Source of the DNA: a virus
Taxonomy: Duplodnaviria > Caudoviricetes
Reading direction: 5' to 3' (one strand)
Virus record (IMG/VR): IMGVR_UViG_3300015200_000003
Location: 1-56,965 of that record
DNA length: 56,965 nt
This document shows positions 43,301 through 47,239 of the stretch, piece after piece. Each line of letters begins with the position of its first letter. Within the stretch, counting starts at the first letter, position 1. The notes under the pieces were generated by a model that did no database searches, was not told the origin of the DNA, and worked only from the letters and a program-made list of their open reading frames with translations. The translations under genes and the position numbers were made by a program.

Positions 43301-44942
43301 CACCCTGGGTGACGTGATTCGGGGCGGGATCTATCGCGGGCTGATGAAGACGGAGCGTGGCGAGCGGTTCCTGGCGAAGACCGGCAACCTGGGCGGCTTC
43401 CGTCGTGGCCCGTTCAGCAGCGGTGGCCTGCTGGGTGGACCGTACCAGCAGGCGTGGAAGGGGGCGCAGGTGGGGCCGGGCGTGGCCGACCTGGACCGAC
43501 GGATACTCGCCAACGCCATCGGCACGGGCCTCTTCTTCCACTTCCTCGGGCTGGTGTTCCAGGGTGCGCTCAGCGGGATTGGGCCACCTGACGATCCCAT
43601 TGTGTTGCTCGATCCGGAGCGGCCAGACTTTGCCGACGTGCAGCTGCGCGCCACGATGGAGGCCAAGGGTTGGCGGCGGTACAGCATCCGGGTTGACTGG
43701 TTCAACGGCAAGTCCTACTGGGTCAACTACCAGAACTGGGGACCACTGGGCTACATGCTGGCGTCGGCGGCGGCGGTCGGTGAGACCTATATGTATGGGC
43801 TGGCGGCCGACAAGAAGCGGGCGACCGGGACACTTGGCAAGCTGGGGGAACTCCTCCAGTTCGCGGTCCGAGGGGACGCCGATGTCTTCCGGTCCGGAAC
43901 CCGCCGATTCTTTGGGGTGGCGGCGGACTTGAGTTACCTGCAAGGGGCCGTGGACCTGCTGGAGGTCATCGAGACCACGAAGTCGGCCTGGGGATCCCAC
44001 CCAGGCGAGACCCCCAGCGAGCGGACCAAGCGGGAGCGCGCGACCCAGGCAAAGATCGGTGGCTGGATCTCGTGGAGCATCGTCTCGTCGTTCCTGCCCA
44101 ACAGTCAGCTGGTCAACACGATTGCCCAGAGCCAGGATCCCTACGCGCGCAGCACCGAGTTCGGCAACATCTCGGAAGGTCTGGCGTACCGCATCCCAAA
44201 TACCATCGGGCCGCCAGTGTTGAACACGAACGCCATCCCCTCGATGCTGGACGACCCGCTGGGCAGCCCGACCGGGCGGCGGCAGGGGTTCGCGGTGAAG
44301 GTGGACGCGCTCGGACGGCCGTTGGCGAACGAGTACGCGGGCGCGTTCGCGTGGCTGCCGTTCCGGGCGGTCCAGGAAGAGATGAACAATAAGACGCTCG
44401 ACACCCTGATCAAAGCGGGGGTGGGCGCGCCGACCCCGCCCTCCGAGATGTACTACAAGCTGCCCGGCACGCAGGGCGCGTTGATGGTCAAGCTGCCCCA
44501 GGCGATGCGGCAGGAGATCGCGGCCAAGGTGGGCCAGGCGGCCGACGCACGCGTCCAGAAGATGATCGCGGAGACCCCCGTCGCCCAGCAGCAGGGTCCG
44601 GAGTGGAGCGACAAGCTGAAGGCCGCCATGAAGGACGTGTACTTCACGACGACGCGGCAGATCTCGGATGCGCCGGAGACTCAGGCCAGGCTGGCACCGC
44701 TGATCAGCGACTCCAATAACACGCGGATGTTCGAGTCGAACGCCCAGGAGGATGTCATCAAGGGCGGTGGCGCAGCGCCAACACCAACCCCAGGTCCGGG
44801 CGCTGCGCCAGCGGCTACCCCAAAGACAGGTGCCACCCCCCGCCCGGGCGCTACCCCAGTGCCGGCTGCGCCTACCCTGTCGCCAGCACAGCTTGAAGAG
44901 CAGCGCCAGAAGGCTCGCGACCGCGCCGGAGTCGGGCGGTGA
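25395..44942 (+). CDS. Giant polyvalent virion/ejection protein (6515 aa) with lysozyme-like, M23 peptidase, amidase_2, HExxH, ART-like, HhH-like and large-polyvalent-type domains
   Basis: Uninterrupted 19.5 kb ORF. Motifs: ETENG...GPYQF (~26019-26096); HRGVD (26577) with HLH (26841); IH..H...GIEL...GHEE...DPG (27177-27540); HESPH (31143); GYD(G/S) modules (32580, 36639, 39201); GIGPVK...LDTRM (34506-34583); FRAVHDYFGH (37272); EEVQSDWHQ (40569). Confidence 0.88.
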   Translation: MAAEWEDWGYEYEEPEAEYYDDAYAYEEPEWEYNDDEYEYEYDPSELWAESDEDYGDGGGYSYEPQEYAESVEAAYAPLPEPEPLAYADPYAQAAPETGELAATGDWWSDLWNDTAATPAKPVAAKPGEKPPISDDWWTNLWNETQPAAKPAAQPAAKAQNPNTVGTITTWADGTPMSEKEQKQARVYQIALEEGLNAEGARTMVAVTETENGLFGAVGDTELNPLGSRGPYQFYEGGQMPAFRAWLKNEGIPGDPNVLVNDVDLATRFAARNYLGETIKRGQSQGLAGADLGTFTQRYGQVSVNPEKTGRNYTALFGAGDRYADALRVAVPDPASRQTANQKIPPGHYDGDGHDHGVATPYTQQQTDKAGNVYTVAFDYDAPYDNPFNPAIPRHRGVDLQVTGVPNGGMDTPYTAFRSGKVAHITNDPHGGIGIIVDTGDPNARYDRYFHNNAVSVKVGDTVTAGETNLGLIGESGTKGFPHLHYEVSQGINGDPSGQTIDPRPYMSRPVATPATREQARTQIAGTQYRPETIPDWWADYFGPQAAPPTQGRPLVAAAAPAAAPAAAPVPPPRQIALNTPYTSGKRTQTAGVVIHATHGGAATPQEEFDWTLRHFGNNADQVSANAVIGADGTVALVGDWDATTHHAGENNKTMFGIELARARPGEAYTDAQYASLGWLLGEVSKRYNLPLTRQTVVGHEELEQGKRSNKIDPGPEFSFERAITAAAPRPAAPAPSTPAPAPTQGAARPAPRGDADVGPRTGAGAAAAPAQQQALPAETQTALTEWQRFRRSRGESETDIGAFRAHLGRLGAPDPWAADEQARAAVEQQNAESRSTFLAQLPGPTQQAYIEWEAMRRSRGEDVSDIPAFRAHLDRLGAPNPWTQQEQERARAETERAQIATRNAEIARQNAEITRRNAAVQSEIDRQNAAITSMNTHYTEQFAAAKREEAALAEWQQATRLRAGDMMEPDPGPRPSTPNLDWLQQRQAADQDTGPREQTAVQRAPLIAHTEQLIANPDAGPREATRAQNLQLAENLRLAAPPPPPPTIAPTIPEPRGWVDDAKDWMRENLPQDGSPTPVGQVDPYWRDWYLRSGVSPEEADRLATVTGETPIQAGGRLVRGAGEAIAPYVPPDEPRYGPGGIYSVPSGQVDPVWRDWYLRSGVSPEEADRLATVPTYTTEVSKDREVVIPAQPERFSEQDYNWMIGAGISEEEARRRATSPATPERRTRVSYGAPEQIVDPNLSAIDITQHALDRAKTGVQTALLGAATDIAQRVGRQDWADQFLTQRQDVEDAAIARGAYITAAEGVLDPHTLINPTGLYESLIENAPSTVANLASLALGGSGILANAARLPRLASALYTTGRVAGYGGLALGVVQQAADTRRELDAEVASGRISPQMADLAAVFTGSLEGVTEQIFPGADREIRRGLNHAVAENVIQAARRRGVHLVGDLGREMGTEAAEEMLSQIGQEGVTQALQQEKPGLLEALKNVVEAGLVGGASGGGLSLASNAVQAGGAALAERRQQAAYEAFVATAGDPGFQLGTRNWEQGARAAQLPDFVPLADAPAPFDILADHGLQMQPSKADSSQFIVRQVLPAEPGGQPGVRTFTLNLTPQGTYLAREYNGEQPVTAAAWAAPNPATGAVGGTPADVELASNRFQAATATLAARGLFSDETSQQLGESYRAHIQGALDRANAAPSATGQAGVAPRAYHMPENQAGYEARRAAAYQRQVEAAQARGEPIPPPPAHEDVIPPEKWVDVGVAAGTNVPFLAGAHLPGDLVTAMRDDPVNAGILAMSAGAMAYGDQFAREAGVLPPGGERQMVGSVAPGVNAYNDNRGAYDPRTGTSAPGQYHVNSGQILMSALYRLAKRPVQLPNGQTTTLQAVAEAKGDTIWDLRRSRLFPSYVARVIVEQAAHESPHDLVKDHSAIHGNLTAGFMNTMVAHYQQVLPLVQQWHASGALDTTLRTYGRLLQASSENPTWQREGNNLVAALEQQQTGNRGDAGGAGVDAGALSRGGQPGESAVLPAVGGAGRNGSGAGVAGGAATTPGQRTAGVPDLGPPSTDGRPIAGVPDLGPPPAPGSPAAGTAAAGVRGANLPRLPRGRRGGVVTPGRTPTPQQSWKQAQNQAVRQDAALRQARQARIPIDAGVAAAQSITGMFARPDQIAAMGADGRPLAGPSAMVSQEVAASLPIKVRPLASYPEGFMKAAANSWKMDNEHTQNPPYFVPGVGMVFPDVYRQANKVDTDRRAPRQIVYYTLWVGYDPGYGGGLAKNDVGITTKEKGKGSKIFGEHVMRNPLVYHGGVLLSDHINQLLDIVGESRDYTNAVIIPMFQDAATSTPTVESVTSLMTQMGYGDPTQAPLLLAASNGKWGFDAGGLADLIITSMLGYEGRARGYDGVITWADQGDEYGGRFKRAYPVVTEGASFIEWTNPGTDNQGIAQLEPGMFQNLPTPVMEALLESHRLKNDPEVNSDRVQALLAEADAVVHAHPIRPHLKGYSVRDGRLMYRNRDGLHDTGYAVEGNQLVYQGKVREGYEVRNGQLYYTGGVSSTEGGVPAPPPTERLTYGEFFEQYRRLTAMRQTIEGFPLNHVRRGTALQAIVDETRALVDANPDLMKRLREQVRQKKLQRQQQGGQLQAPSAMAAERPPNPDFPHGLYPDEMVTPTAREAMASKVAPPPRLDENGDPVPGTGGWAGPGELSRIAYEDLPNREIYEQAGWVILDNGFIPPGMAAAAAASEDAEASDVVKPSRKELTAQATADRWAVWRQVMPNLRLPPGMQNLEMEAFLDYLASFRSGIVDGTTKPEVGVLGSLLALGSVKRSGRSYVKTLNALSATMGRERAYELVMRTLPDIYPQGPPSPQEKGQLMRPEILWAMLAGDTTDPVMMKMLVGIARPDSFRTEEERSAAIEAGVNLLYQRIGARGPDNEPILGRDETRSSAYPQGKPIMPAVHGRGEDPQKILGASRTRVNPETGVAEIQKAGTPWSRSEPVRWNELVQAAQAVEGVADPDSPYAGMEPGGEEMRQAIINRLIDAHAAGIGPVKSRFAASMTAFPDYATLDTRMLRDVFGLSPKLVIPTVEEYEYLSAKLASIGSDSKYLYGHQWLPWEYLTGEKTTYTALIGVYQRVNAYLQNAEARAAEEGVPLADVLEETSLAEQRRLVSYAKPEDTTARIGLAFRPAEVDQDAEGHEAIIQALEAGTAGVGAIKTAFPQLFNLLDDAGLEIVDKIGIGLGGWKQQKDGTYYLDRNFNLQVTGPKASVRWFSAAMLQALPEEKAVMLVYEGPGSVKQDHWGGLTVTGMTREHLTAFTAELSDVFGDGWTITAKARTAKGYPGVKDPTTGKRGARDDREIERAGKGGEVFDVQVLAGAVKAYGGNGIALRKQVSNVMRGLSRRGYTPERSETVRAELEFMDRAEAREVVRGGPAGAIAYEGPTPVRLQRMARRTRPDARRRGGVPPGDRGGDREAGQGRVPSDDLSGREELLAGPSAMVAEPIARTLAGPVTIPEDPSFREAVANTPGAALTDDGLAVDFIRYQVPEQEAAESVRSGVFTMAAGVPSRDRTYKVQPGTVGRYHGGTQRVAGRTLFKRPLVVKAGQGGALAGNAFNRMYADEHGDWQTEARREQRAAKAALDAHQATAEADAAQHNRADGYTQSEGFYERLRTLQWQERAAGGRPYDRLLTEIDLALIEGGTDPDQRSESLAPVLEKWGVDDGSAYERAENIAYNANRGNQSRFAASELVTAYVLRRNGYDGAVAYSGSYGNAAQLGELFDVRAITYPTESGDVTLHPDFQPSEMGPSAMAAQGPSHPALIRAQARAVERGVARIRDDAAEYVQLAGIRPSIPLTAYGRPDPDLGQRIAEFYDTAPDSPDDPQVRAAYDALNDEVNDQYRFLVDKGVTFVPYYLEGPAGDGADFNGYASSRDMVRDLGENNRLYVFADALDHPLMSPPGIPYDQSDNWKFRAVHDYFGHASLGNEFGPQGELNAWLEHMKMFTPLAMRAASTELRGQNSWTNYLPANAPMPLPDRPFADQKAFLLPPWATNVPEVYPEAGPSRATEGPVTETRQKVEYEAAQFGRLQNLDEVAVIHFSPEGNTATASLTLGDPSAADLVADAFEETGWHVETRPVEGGVEVFVAARDTRYAEGRERIDQIVETLSGRGVDVTPSHALADLVTFGPGDYDAIIRRGPGEFEAGVAGSAVATAVPGGVGTGTGQLGTNTSGTGSADALGDRDTPQLAGPSAMASQPADPELVERAVAEFGLTEDPAEAFYVLPDGRMLNASLPGRAGRRIDHDQILRAYDGEGDDRVERRPRSAGERLNYTSYVDDFLERTGAMRWSLGYPSGSLRASVAHPPTRSQQDLVLAEARYVDEVVFEQPGVDPSATQYDMPQDRGRLATDVRRGGAAPLGPSAMASALPDDSRLDAAIRGTAGVHRTPNGIRVEHAARMQTEEQGGQPALRPLHYLLSAEDAREYYTYDPSVAGLQAAGGGVLIDVPKLLRRPYVVETEQYVAAQALWDLFPAAPDGNGTVVDADLRAVLDPFNASGYEVTPELQQATAALAQRYGLDDGYTDTLLGIASRLSPAQRSPFIYDALAEEIAGAELRRQGYDSIIGVSEATGSWVISEIADLQEAASPIPGRPPFLRPEYQQAGPSAMASDRPFGGSASAYHAAVIQQSPTLQAAAAESAATLRDNLADALSEDELFSFGVDERDQRVIDGFAQFYTSAVIGLAANDAERLDSIGLTPAQAEVERERALDLLGTNERMTALYEAEAAWSVLAGPAYGERLGPSAMAATGPPKLAEPFFSPLLRHTGNLPEIMTGVDEVRTPDRTVPERVVRRANTIRPGETPRPNRDGTVTTVVAPNGDWVQPERTLPGEVTPAMTPGQQALAILVEAGAKPDELTWTGLRQWLTQHTGEQLTRVEVSDYLQDNQVQIEEVLYEGRDARWAGPDYDLLTPGGENQRELLLTLPQSAVADANDRAVAALEAEVAALGLPTNTTEDRIKEAGGTEDLAKRWTRFKLYGDIGLPYDAFRSSHWEDPNVVVWVRFNERIDADGKRVLFIEEVQSDWHQTGRKGGYAGAPRALTAAEASEREALRERLKAIQAEQRQINEQYLADIPLWSAAAANALPRDARARRDALHREGVDANVRLATLGNMEKGIGAVPDAPWKATPAWTGLAMRRMIRWAAENGFERIAWTTGDQQNKRSSLTKHISAVAYSGSDFRAWNHDGEEVISQTGVREEDLPKYLGEEVAARLLAQPPEGTLRRLHGLQLETGGKPMRDFYDQILPGVAEDIGKTWGVKVTTTILPAPEGQDPYIQDRGGWYSVHDSDDKEIEQFDREDQAEAYLEDHWWDMVAGQPAEVHAMDLPPLMLRSALEEGQPMFMASGRPEPEGMLPLWDEMDSPDVLDQEIIDAIEAYSAGMEIDDPNALPRTDGPEQIGLILPTPEPPVRPEDMPTPDPMLGPALPGAAVPDMSLLGPVYPDDMNLDQFPEWAQGMLQLGDWADPGQLPGTKSEIDDVLDLVANGGQKGLLNAQEQKVLAAAILLQWARLKRATEQTTEGNLSPYGAAKVVEESRRYTALRGLAALPRAQWPVLAEVWQSSPITQGEGQTLEDFLQAQNVARSAGDTEGEKQAQQAAIQRTAKLAGGSSSRKFGIGPTRPSDEAQKARKLGAAVAGAINSPTTNPSNAGAALADADLSVSPVEFLLAMRYNNVLLGPRGILVDYVTNSGMLFGKMMADPFLLTASEGVVNPVAWAAINAAEYAALARAVPLMMARIGRTLMTGVSDLESEVTGTPRTISGRFGRRIEMAQDEGVHWYEPRMLALQTSRVAAITFAEAAGRLKSIADVGIKELAFGMEQTRQAAIMAYREGNHKVGSKAWHARVAEILAGNINPQAKTREEKAAAQNTYEQMLANSKREAERTTFQGPMGQLGRMMEPLQRHPLGQFVLMFLRALYHIQHWAIDLSPIGAMATLGDVIRGGIYRGLMKTERGERFLAKTGNLGGFRRGPFSSGGLLGGPYQQAWKGAQVGPGVADLDRRILANAIGTGLFFHFLGLVFQGALSGIGPPDDPIVLLDPERPDFADVQLRATMEAKGWRRYSIRVDWFNGKSYWVNYQNWGPLGYMLASAAAVGETYMYGLAADKKRATGTLGKLGELLQFAVRGDADVFRSGTRRFFGVAADLSYLQGAVDLLEVIETTKSAWGSHPGETPSERTKRERATQAKIGGWISWSIVSSFLPNSQLVNTIAQSQDPYARSTEFGNISEGLAYRIPNTIGPPVLNTNAIPSMLDDPLGSPTGRRQGFAVKVDALGRPLANEYAGAFAWLPFRAVQEEMNNKTLDTLIKAGVGAPTPPSEMYYKLPGTQGALMVKLPQAMRQEIAAKVGQAADARVQKMIAETPVAQQQGPEWSDKLKAAMKDVYFTTTRQISDAPETQARLAPLISDSNNTRMFESNAQEDVIKGGGAAPTPTPGPGAAPAATPKTGATPRPGATPVPAAPTLSPAQLEEQRQKARDRAGVGR
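31360..31674 (+). CDS. Nested +1-frame ORF 1 inside the giant gene
   Basis: GGAGG at 31346-31350 before TTG 31360 (alternative ATG 31402); helical, protein-like product, while the main frame here is a G/A/R filler. Confidence 0.45.
   Translation: MLPHSNSNRLETEAMQEVLVSMLVRSAEEGNQEKAQFYLRSAEQAGMDPEQALQAAQQQLPDNALLASLISARPAPTDDPSPASPILDPRLPQDLRPLGPLPPE
35656..35844 (+). CDS. Nested +1-frame ORF 2 (62 aa, acidic)
   Basis: TATACT at 35580-35585; AGAGAGGT RBS; GTG 35656; MEDQPEQLPTKDQRLFDFSGWRDEPDLTPEEEAAYLQEIEE... Confidence 0.55.
   Translation: MEDQPEQLPTKDQRLFDFSGWRDEPDLTPEEEAAYLQEIEEATARRDKEGYRATIYLGGKNF
37930..38097 (+). CDS. Nested +1-frame ORF 3 (55 aa)
   Basis: TGG-TAACAT at 37903-37911; AGGAG at 37919-37923; ATG 37930; MPLSDADRESLRLELREVLSRRLSPEEL... 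Confidence 0.55.
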   Translation: MPLSDADRESLRLELREVLSRRLSPEELARGQANSEQTRQEQDPQTRSVIGIPRS

Positions 44943-45013
44943 GGTGTGGCGGAAGCATCTAACCACCCAGGCACGGTATAGACCTCAGAGACGGGGTGAT
45001 AGGAGCAACTGCG

Positions 45014-47239
45014 ATGTCGGTGCCGCGACCACCTAGCGGGGGGTATGACGACCTGGTCCCTGGGTTCAACCCGACCCCGACACGCACGCCGTACCCGACG
45101 CGCACGCCGTACCCGACCAAGGAGCCGACGCCGACGAGGACGCCGTCCCCGACGCGCACACCAGCCCCGACCAGGACGCCGTACCCGACCAAGGAACCGA
45201 CGCCGACGCGCACCCCGACGCCGACGCGCACCCCGACGCCGACGAAGGAACCAACGCCCACCCATACTCCAGGACCAATCGGTCCCGGATCCCGTGGTGG
45301 GCAGATCACCATCCGCGATGTCAAGCCAGCCACCATCGACAATGAGCGCTGGGTTCAGATCAAGGAACTGGTCTACTCGCCAGCGGTTGAGGCGGCTATC
45401 GCCAAGCAGGCCCGAGGGGAGCGGCTGGACGAGGAAGAGCGCCGCGAACTCAACGCGGCCAACGCGGTCATGGCGTCAGAGGTTCGCCGCGCAGAGCGGA
45501 AGGAGCCGATGTACCCGGACCTCGTTCCAGGGACACCTCCAGCGGCGGACGCGACCGCGACCCCTGGTCCGCTTGAGGAGATCACGGGAGCCGCCGCGTC
45601 GGCCACGGTCGTCCCAGGGACACCAACTCTGGAAGCCACGCCAGACCTGGGGCCGCCGGCCGCTGGCGCTGGTCCGTACGCACCGGGTGTCCCGCTCGAA
45701 GTGATCGACCAGAGCGGCACGCGCATGACCATGACGCCCGAGGAGTTCTACGAGATCCCCGAGTACATCCGAAGCACGATGACGGTGGTCGGCCCCGACC
45801 CGGCGACGGCGGCAAGGACGGCATCGCCATCGAGCGCAGCGCTGGATCCGATCTACGGGGGCGAGTCAGGGCCAGCGCTGACACCACAGTCCGTGCTGAC
45901 GCCACCTGCCGAGGTAGTTCCACCACCGTCGCCAGAGCAGGCACCCATAGTCCCGCCACTGACGCCTGCGCAGCTTGCTGCGGCGAGTCCGGGGTCCGAA
46001 GATGCACTGTTGGGTCAGGCGCAGAAGGACGCCGCTGCACGAGCAGCCGCTGCCCCGAAAGCGCCACCGAAAGCGCCGCCTCCACGCCGTGAGCCGCTCG
46101 CGCCAAGCTATCCCGGTGAGGGGCCGAGCGGCCGACCGGGTACCCCGACGACCAAGCCGGCTCCACCACCGGACCTGTCGCCGCCGAAGCCAGCAGCGCC
46201 CCCACCGCCCCCACGGCCACCGTTCGCAGACGATCCCGAGGGTAAACCGCTGGCCCCGAATCGATTCACCCGCGCCATCGCACGGGCTGGTGGGAAGCCG
46301 ACCCAGAAGGTAGCCGAGCAGGCCGCTGGTGAGATCCGCGACGTGTTCCGCCCAGGAGATCAGGGTGGCTGGCGCGGCGACACCGGTGGCTGGCGGACGC
46401 TGGCGCAGCGGGCGGCTGAGGCGTGGGAGGAGCAGTTCAAGGCTGACCCCAACTCACTGCGACCCTCTGAGCGCGAGGCGTACCGTGCGGATCCGAAAGC
46501 GTTGTACCGCACGATTCTGGACGCCAACAGCCCGTTTGCCGACTACCGCGAGTCCTACATCGGCGCGGTCCGCGCAGGTCAGCTGGGTGTGCCAGGGGGA
46601 GCCGAGTTCGCAGAGGAACTCCGTCCGTACGGCGCGGCCCCCTCACGAGACATCCAGACGACGGATCACCCGGGTGTCCCCCGTGAGATGACACCGTCCG
46701 GGCGGACGCTGCCTGGCGCACCACTGCCAGCGGCGCGCGACATTCAGACGACCGATCATCCAGGTGTCCCCCGCGAGATGACCCCGAACGAGCGAACGCT
46801 TGAGGGCGCACCGCTGCCAGGCGGCCCAGACCTGTCAGGCACCGGCAGCCTGGTAGACGACCTGACGACCGCGCCGGAGCCTGGACGGGTCGTGCCGTTG
46901 CCTGGCGAGGAAGTACTACCCGAATCCGACGCGGCCGTGATCATCCTCGGGACACCGGACCTGTCAGCGCCGCAGTCGGCGGACCAGATGATCGAGCCAG
47001 AGATCGACCAGGGCATCGTCGCGTACGGGGATGAGGGCGCGTACGATCAGGGCAGCTATGACCAGGGCGAGTACGCGGGCAGCGACTACAGCCTGGATGA
47101 CCTCTACGCCTCCGAGGAGCCGGTCTACGAGTACGACGAGTACGGCGAGGGCGGCGACGACGAATACGAGGGTGAGGGTGACACCTACGCCTACGAGGAA
47201 CCCTCCTACGAGTACGAAGAGTACGTGGAGTACGCCTGA
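45014..47239 (+). CDS. Pro/Thr-repeat protein with an acidic Tyr-rich C-terminus (putative virion protein)
   Basis: AGGAG at 45001-45005; PTRTP(Y/T)PT repeats at 45071-45270; duplicated [17 protein letters not shown]. Confidence 0.7.
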   Translation: MSVPRPPSGGYDDLVPGFNPTPTRTPYPTRTPYPTKEPTPTRTPSPTRTPAPTRTPYPTKEPTPTRTPTPTRTPTPTKEPTPTHTPGPIGPGSRGGQITIRDVKPATIDNERWVQIKELVYSPAVEAAIAKQARGERLDEEERRELNAANAVMASEVRRAERKEPMYPDLVPGTPPAADATATPGPLEEITGAAASATVVPGTPTLEATPDLGPPAAGAGPYAPGVPLEVIDQSGTRMTMTPEEFYEIPEYIRSTMTVVGPDPATAARTASPSSAALDPIYGGESGPALTPQSVLTPPAEVVPPPSPEQAPIVPPLTPAQLAAASPGSEDALLGQAQKDAAARAAAAPKAPPKAPPPRREPLAPSYPGEGPSGRPGTPTTKPAPPPDLSPPKPAAPPPPPRPPFADDPEGKPLAPNRFTRAIARAGGKPTQKVAEQAAGEIRDVFRPGDQGGWRGDTGGWRTLAQRAAEAWEEQFKADPNSLRPSEREAYRADPKALYRTILDANSPFADYRESYIGAVRAGQLGVPGGAEFAEELRPYGAAPSRDIQTTDHPGVPREMTPSGRTLPGAPLPAARDIQTTDHPGVPREMTPNERTLEGAPLPGGPDLSGTGSLVDDLTTAPEPGRVVPLPGEEVLPESDAAVIILGTPDLSAPQSADQMIEPEIDQGIVAYGDEGAYDQGSYDQGEYAGSDYSLDDLYASEEPVYEYDEYGEGGDDEYEGEGDTYAYEEPSYEYEEYVEYA

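Noticed and set aside
25395-44942. N4-like virion RNA polymerase as the identity of the giant protein
   Set aside because: I found no T7-type polymerase motifs or NADFDGD by eye; a structure search is needed to exclude a divergent one.
41910-44966. Long minus-strand ORFs (also 16094-18898, 11748-13706, 2164-3546 and others)
   Set aside because: Antisense shadows of GC3-rich + strand genes; no recognisable motifs.
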